A stretch of 64,000 bases of DNA, from the NCBI GenBank assembly GCA_002441305.1, contig DJVT01000002.1, forward strand, positions 16,335-80,334, read 5' to 3'. The DNA comes from Candidatus Omnitrophica bacterium UBA6249. GTDB lineage: Bacteria > Omnitrophota > Gorgyraeia > Gygaellales > Profunditerraquicolaceae. Below, piece after piece: positions 60,642-64,000 of the stretch. The notes under the pieces were generated by a model. It ran no database searches and had not been told where the DNA came from. It was given only the letters and a program-made list of their open reading frames with translations. How positions within the stretch are numbered: the first letter of the stretch is position 1; each line of letters starts with the position of its first letter. Made by a program: the position numbers and the translations under genes.

Positions 60642-61950
60642 CCCTGAACTCCCCCACAACAAACAATGACCCCGTAACCAGCACAAGATCCTCTGCGCGG
60701 GCTTTATGCAAAGCTGTGAAAAATGCCTCTTTCACGCTTCTTGTCACATCCACTGCATTTTTCCCTTTAGATGCAAAATACCCCTTAAGCTGAACAGGTT
60801 CGGCCGCCCTGGGCGTATCCGCGCAGGTCAAAACAATATCTGCCCCCAAAGAAGAAAGCTCTCTTGCCATACCCTTGATATCCTTATCCTGCGAAGAACC
60901 AAACACCAGTATGATTCTTTTATATTTGAAATTGTCCCGCAATGCTGTTTTCAATGCTGAGACAGAGGCTGCATTTTGCGCACCGTCTAATACAATATAC
61001 GGATTGCGGCGGAGCACTTCTATCCTGCCCGGCCAAAGTGTATTATAAAGCCCTTTCTTTAAGCAATCGACGCTGACCTCAAAACCATGCTCCCCCAAGG
61101 CCTCCACTATCCCGACGGCCTGGCATGCATTCGATATCTGGTGGCTGCCTAAAAGCTTTATCTTCAAGCCCGGGTAATACCCCCTTGCCCCCTGTACGGA
61201 AAAACGATCTCCCCGCGCAAAACACTTTATCTCCCTGCCCACGGTAAAAAGCCTGGCCCGCATAATGGCGCATTTCCTCCGGATAACCCTTGCCGCCTCT
61301 TCAGGCTGCCGGGCGGATATTACAAGCGCGTGTTTTTTTATTATGCCGGATTTCTCCCGGGCGATCATGGCAAGGGTATTCCCTAAATAACGGGTATGTT
61401 CGTAACTTAGAGGGGTTATGCCGCACACCAGGCTTGCGGCCGCATTGGTAGCATCAAGTCTTCCGCCCATCCCTGTTTCCATCACCGCGAAATCTACACC
61501 CTTGCTCCTGAAATGCAGGAATGCTAAAGCCGTGTATACCTCAAAAAAGGAAAGCTGTCCGAATTTTTCGATTGCCGGTTTTAGGAAAGCTGTCAAACGC
61601 GCCAGGCTATCCCTGGAAATAGCCCCTTCAAAAGGCAAACCGGTGTTTGCCGAAAAAGGTCTTAGGATGCGGATACGTTCCCTGAAATCCGAGAGGTGGG
61701 GTGAGGTGTACAGTCCGACGGAAAACCCGGCCTGCCTCAATACATACGCGGTAAAGGCACATACCGAGCCTTTTCCTTTAGATCCTGCTACATGAATGAT
61801 CTTTAAGCCTTCCTGGGGATTACCGATAATCCTCAGGAAATCTTTCATCCTGTTCAGGCTAAAGGCTTTCTTATAAGGATACCGGTTAACCCTTTCGTAG
61901 TTAACGAAAGATCCCAGGTATTCTACGGCCTTGCGGTAACCGGACATCAA
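60619..61950 (-). CDS. folC: Folylpolyglutamate synthase/dihydrofolate synthase
   Basis: 443 aa. Mur-ligase P-loop VAGSKGKGSV and family-typical layout. Confidence 0.85.
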   Translation of the reverse strand: MMSGYRKAVEYLGSFVNYERVNRYPYKKAFSLNRMKDFLRIIGNPQEGLKIIHVAGSKGKGSVCAFTAYVLRQAGFSVGLYTSPHLSDFRERIRILRPFSANTGLPFEGAISRDSLARLTAFLKPAIEKFGQLSFFEVYTALAFLHFRSKGVDFAVMETGMGGRLDATNAAASLVCGITPLSYEHTRYLGNTLAMIAREKSGIIKKHALVISARQPEEAARVIRRKCAIMRARLFTVGREIKCFARGDRFSVQGARGYYPGLKIKLLGSHQISNACQAVGIVEALGEHGFEVSVDCLKKGLYNTLWPGRIEVLRRNPYIVLDGAQNAASVSALKTALRDNFKYKRIILVFGSSQDKDIKGMARELSSLGADIVLTCADTPRAAEPVQLKGYFASKGKNAVDVTRSVKEAFFTALHKARAEDLVLVTGSLFVVGEFRDVYRKYS

Positions 61951-63500
61951 TGTCTAAAGTGTCTTATCCCCGTGGTGACCATGGCGATTTTATACCTGTC
62001 GCATGCCGCGATTATTTTTGGGTCGGCGATCGAGCCCCCGGGTTGAATTATCGCCTTAACCCCCGCTTTATGCGCCCAGGAGATTGCGTCTTCTTTTGGG
62101 AAAAAAGCGTCCGACGCCATACAACAACCGCTGTTCAAACCCGCGGATTTCTTTTTGGCAATCATCACGGAATCTACACGGGACATCTGCCCGGCGCCTA
62201 TCCCTACCGTCTTCGTCCCCCGGGTAAATACAATCGCGTTGGACTTAACGTGCTTAGCAACCTTCCATCCGAAAATCAGGCTTTTCATCTGTTGCGGAGT
62301 CGGCCTTTTCCGGGTAACCACCTTTATGGCCTTCGGGTCAAGGACAAGCGCGTCCTTTTCTTGCAAAAGCATCCCGCCGCTGACACGTTTGAATTCCGGC
62401 TCGATAACAGCGGATAGCTTGCCCGCTTCAATCAGACGGAGGTTCTTCCGGCCTGCAAACAATTCCGGCACGCCCCTCTCGTAAGAAGGGGCCACAACAC
62501 ACTCCAGAAACCCGCTTTTTAAGATCTTCTTGGCGGTAGGCAAATCCATTCTTCTGTTCAAGGCGACAATCCCTCCAAAAGCAGAAAGTTTATCGCATTT
62601 CCAGGCATTGAAATAAGCCCTGTCTAAAGACGTATCCTCCGCGGCCCCGCAGGGATTGTTGTGCTTAACGACGACTGCCGCAGGATTGTCAAATTCCTTT
62701 ACCAGCTCCAAGGCAGCGTTGAGATCCAGGATGTTGTTAAAAGAAAGCTCCTTGCCCTGTATCTGACTGATATTAATCAGCCCCCCGCTCTTCCCGTTTT
62801 CTTTATAAAAAGCTGCTTTCTGGTGGGGGTTTTCCCCATAGCGCAAGGATTGGATTTTTTCGAAGGAAAGCTCGAAAGTTTCGGGAAACTGCTTTTCCGC
62901 GCCGGACTTAAAATACCCGCTTAAATAACCGTATATCGCCGCGTCATACCTGCTTGTACGAAGATAGGTTTCGATGCCCAGCCGGCGGGACAGGTTCTCG
63001 GACAAGGCCCCATTGTTCTTCTTTAAATCATCGATGACCGCGGGATAGTATTTCGGGTCGCAAACTACCGCTACAGAACGGTAATTCTTTGCCCCTGAAC
63101 GCAACATAGACGGCCCGCCGATATCGATATTTTCGATAACTTCATCTATGCCCACCCCTGGCCTGCGGATGACCTTCTCAAAAGGATACAGGTTTACCAC
63201 GACCAAATCTATCGGGCCTATTCCCTGTTCTCCAAGCACGCGCATATGCTCCGGCTTATCGCGCAAAGCCAGTAATCCGCCGTGTATCTTAGGATGCAAG
63301 GTCTTGACTCTCCCATCCAGCATTTCGGGAAAACCGGTATAATCGGAGACTTCGCATACCTGGATATTGTTTTCACGCAACAATTTTGCGGTCCCGCCGG
63401 TAGAGAGAATTTCCACTCCGTATTTCTTAAGCTCCACCGCTAAATCCAAAATGCCTGTCTTATCCGATAAGCTTATAAGTGCGCGCTTCACAGCAATCAT
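61947..63500 (-). CDS. purH: Bifunctional AICAR transformylase/IMP cyclohydrolase
   Basis: Start at ATG 63500 (MIAVKRALISLSDKTG...); the track start 63584 overlaps ychF. MGS-like and AICARFT_IMPCHas regions run to ...GIRHFRH. Confidence 0.9.
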   Translation of the reverse strand: MIAVKRALISLSDKTGILDLAVELKKYGVEILSTGGTAKLLRENNIQVCEVSDYTGFPEMLDGRVKTLHPKIHGGLLALRDKPEHMRVLGEQGIGPIDLVVVNLYPFEKVIRRPGVGIDEVIENIDIGGPSMLRSGAKNYRSVAVVCDPKYYPAVIDDLKKNNGALSENLSRRLGIETYLRTSRYDAAIYGYLSGYFKSGAEKQFPETFELSFEKIQSLRYGENPHQKAAFYKENGKSGGLINISQIQGKELSFNNILDLNAALELVKEFDNPAAVVVKHNNPCGAAEDTSLDRAYFNAWKCDKLSAFGGIVALNRRMDLPTAKKILKSGFLECVVAPSYERGVPELFAGRKNLRLIEAGKLSAVIEPEFKRVSGGMLLQEKDALVLDPKAIKVVTRKRPTPQQMKSLIFGWKVAKHVKSNAIVFTRGTKTVGIGAGQMSRVDSVMIAKKKSAGLNSGCCMASDAFFPKEDAISWAHKAGVKAIIQPGGSIADPKIIAACDRYKIAMVTTGIRHFRH

Positions 63501-63522
63501 TTTCTTCTCCGCTGAAAATATG

Positions 63523-64000
63523 TCACTTGTTAAAACGGAAATTGACCAGGTCGGCGTCTTGCATAACATAATCTTTCTGCTCAAGCCTCATCTTCCCGGC
63601 CTGCTTGGCCTGTGTTTCCCCCTGGGCCTGCGTAAAATCAGAAAAACTGATTATTTCCGCGCGGATAAATCCCTTCTGTATGTCCGTATGTATCGCTCCT
63701 GCCGCTTCCCAGGCGGTTGTTCCTTTCTTGATCAGCCAGGCGCGGTTTTCTTTGTCCCCCACGGTGAGAAAGCATATAAACCCGCTTTCCGCCAGGACCT
63801 GCGCCAATAATGCCCCTGCATCCGCCGCCTCATCCTTATTGACAACGACTACGGGCTTAAGTGTCAGGAACCCATACCCCGAAACAATTTCCTTGTCTTC
63901 GGAAGATAGCTCCAGGGAAGAAATGAATTCCTCCCTCTCAAGCGCCTCTTTCATCCTTATCAATAAGGCTTTTTCTTTATCTTCGGGAGACCTCGCCAGG
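63523..64000 (-). CDS. ychF: Ribosome-binding ATPase YchF (C-terminal part; N-terminus beyond window end)
   Basis: The frame is open from base 64000 (LARSPEDKEKALLIRMKEAL...). The C-terminus ...AAGAIHTDIQKGFIRAEIISF...DLVNFRFNK is typical of YchF. The track M at 63963 is a TTG. Confidence 0.85.
   Translation of the reverse strand, partial: LARSPEDKEKALLIRMKEALEREEFISSLELSSEDKEIVSGYGFLTLKPVVVVNKDEAADAGALLAQVLAESGFICFLTVGDKENRAWLIKKGTTAWEAAGAIHTDIQKGFIRAEIISFSDFTQAQGETQAKQAGKMRLEQKDYVMQDADLVNFRFNK

Overview
A compact, roughly 90% coding, moderately AT-rich bacterial chromosome segment. I count about 70 protein genes and two tRNAs (Glu-CUC, Leu-GAG). There is no rRNA, no CRISPR array and no convincing mobile element. 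Taxonomy cannot be assigned from sequence alone; the gene content (Tad pilus, giant surface protein, many fusion proteins) would fit an uncultivated lineage, but that is unverified inference. The ORF track shows GTG/TTG starts as M, so several starts were re-evaluated, and some real genes are missing from it: one ORF with no in-window stop and three ORFs under 60 aa. Main blocks: (1) 1-3406 is a partial gene for a very large membrane-anchored protein with a C39-like peptidase domain, followed by a 1.1 kb AT-rich non-coding spacer. (2) 4.5-20.3 kb is a highly atypical Tad/Flp-type pilus island. It has 12 proteins with class-III-signal-like N-termini, including a paralogous family of extended pilin-like proteins, a ParA::CpaF fusion, a secretin::TonB-C fusion, an HTH/coiled-coil protein, and no prepilin peptidase. 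(3) 20.7-24.3 kb is a FIST / histidine kinase / receiver-GGDEF operon divergent from the pilus island. (4) 24.6-31.6 kb is a MoxR-DUF58 module whose partner proteins are a polytopic coiled-coil protein and a Big_2-array/DUF4129-like protein. (5) 31.6-40.9 kb holds feoAB plus a tight operon that looks like a DHAP-shunt (5'-deoxyadenosine/MTA salvage) pathway extended by an aldehyde dehydrogenase, an acyl-CoA ligase and rlmN. (6) 43.7-53.7 kb is a type II polyketide synthase cluster: KS-alpha, CLF with Arg at the Gln position, ACP, two cyclase types, a B12-radical SAM enzyme, a tandem TIGR04076-like protein, reductases and an MFS exporter. It sits behind a PadR gene, a strong promoter and a perfect 18-bp palindrome. 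(7) 53.7-64.0 kb is housekeeping (accA, L,D-transpeptidase, comM, folE, mnmE, folC, purH, ychF), with one candidate cis-regulatory leader RNA. The Tad-like island and the type II PKS cluster are my best candidates for an undescribed system.
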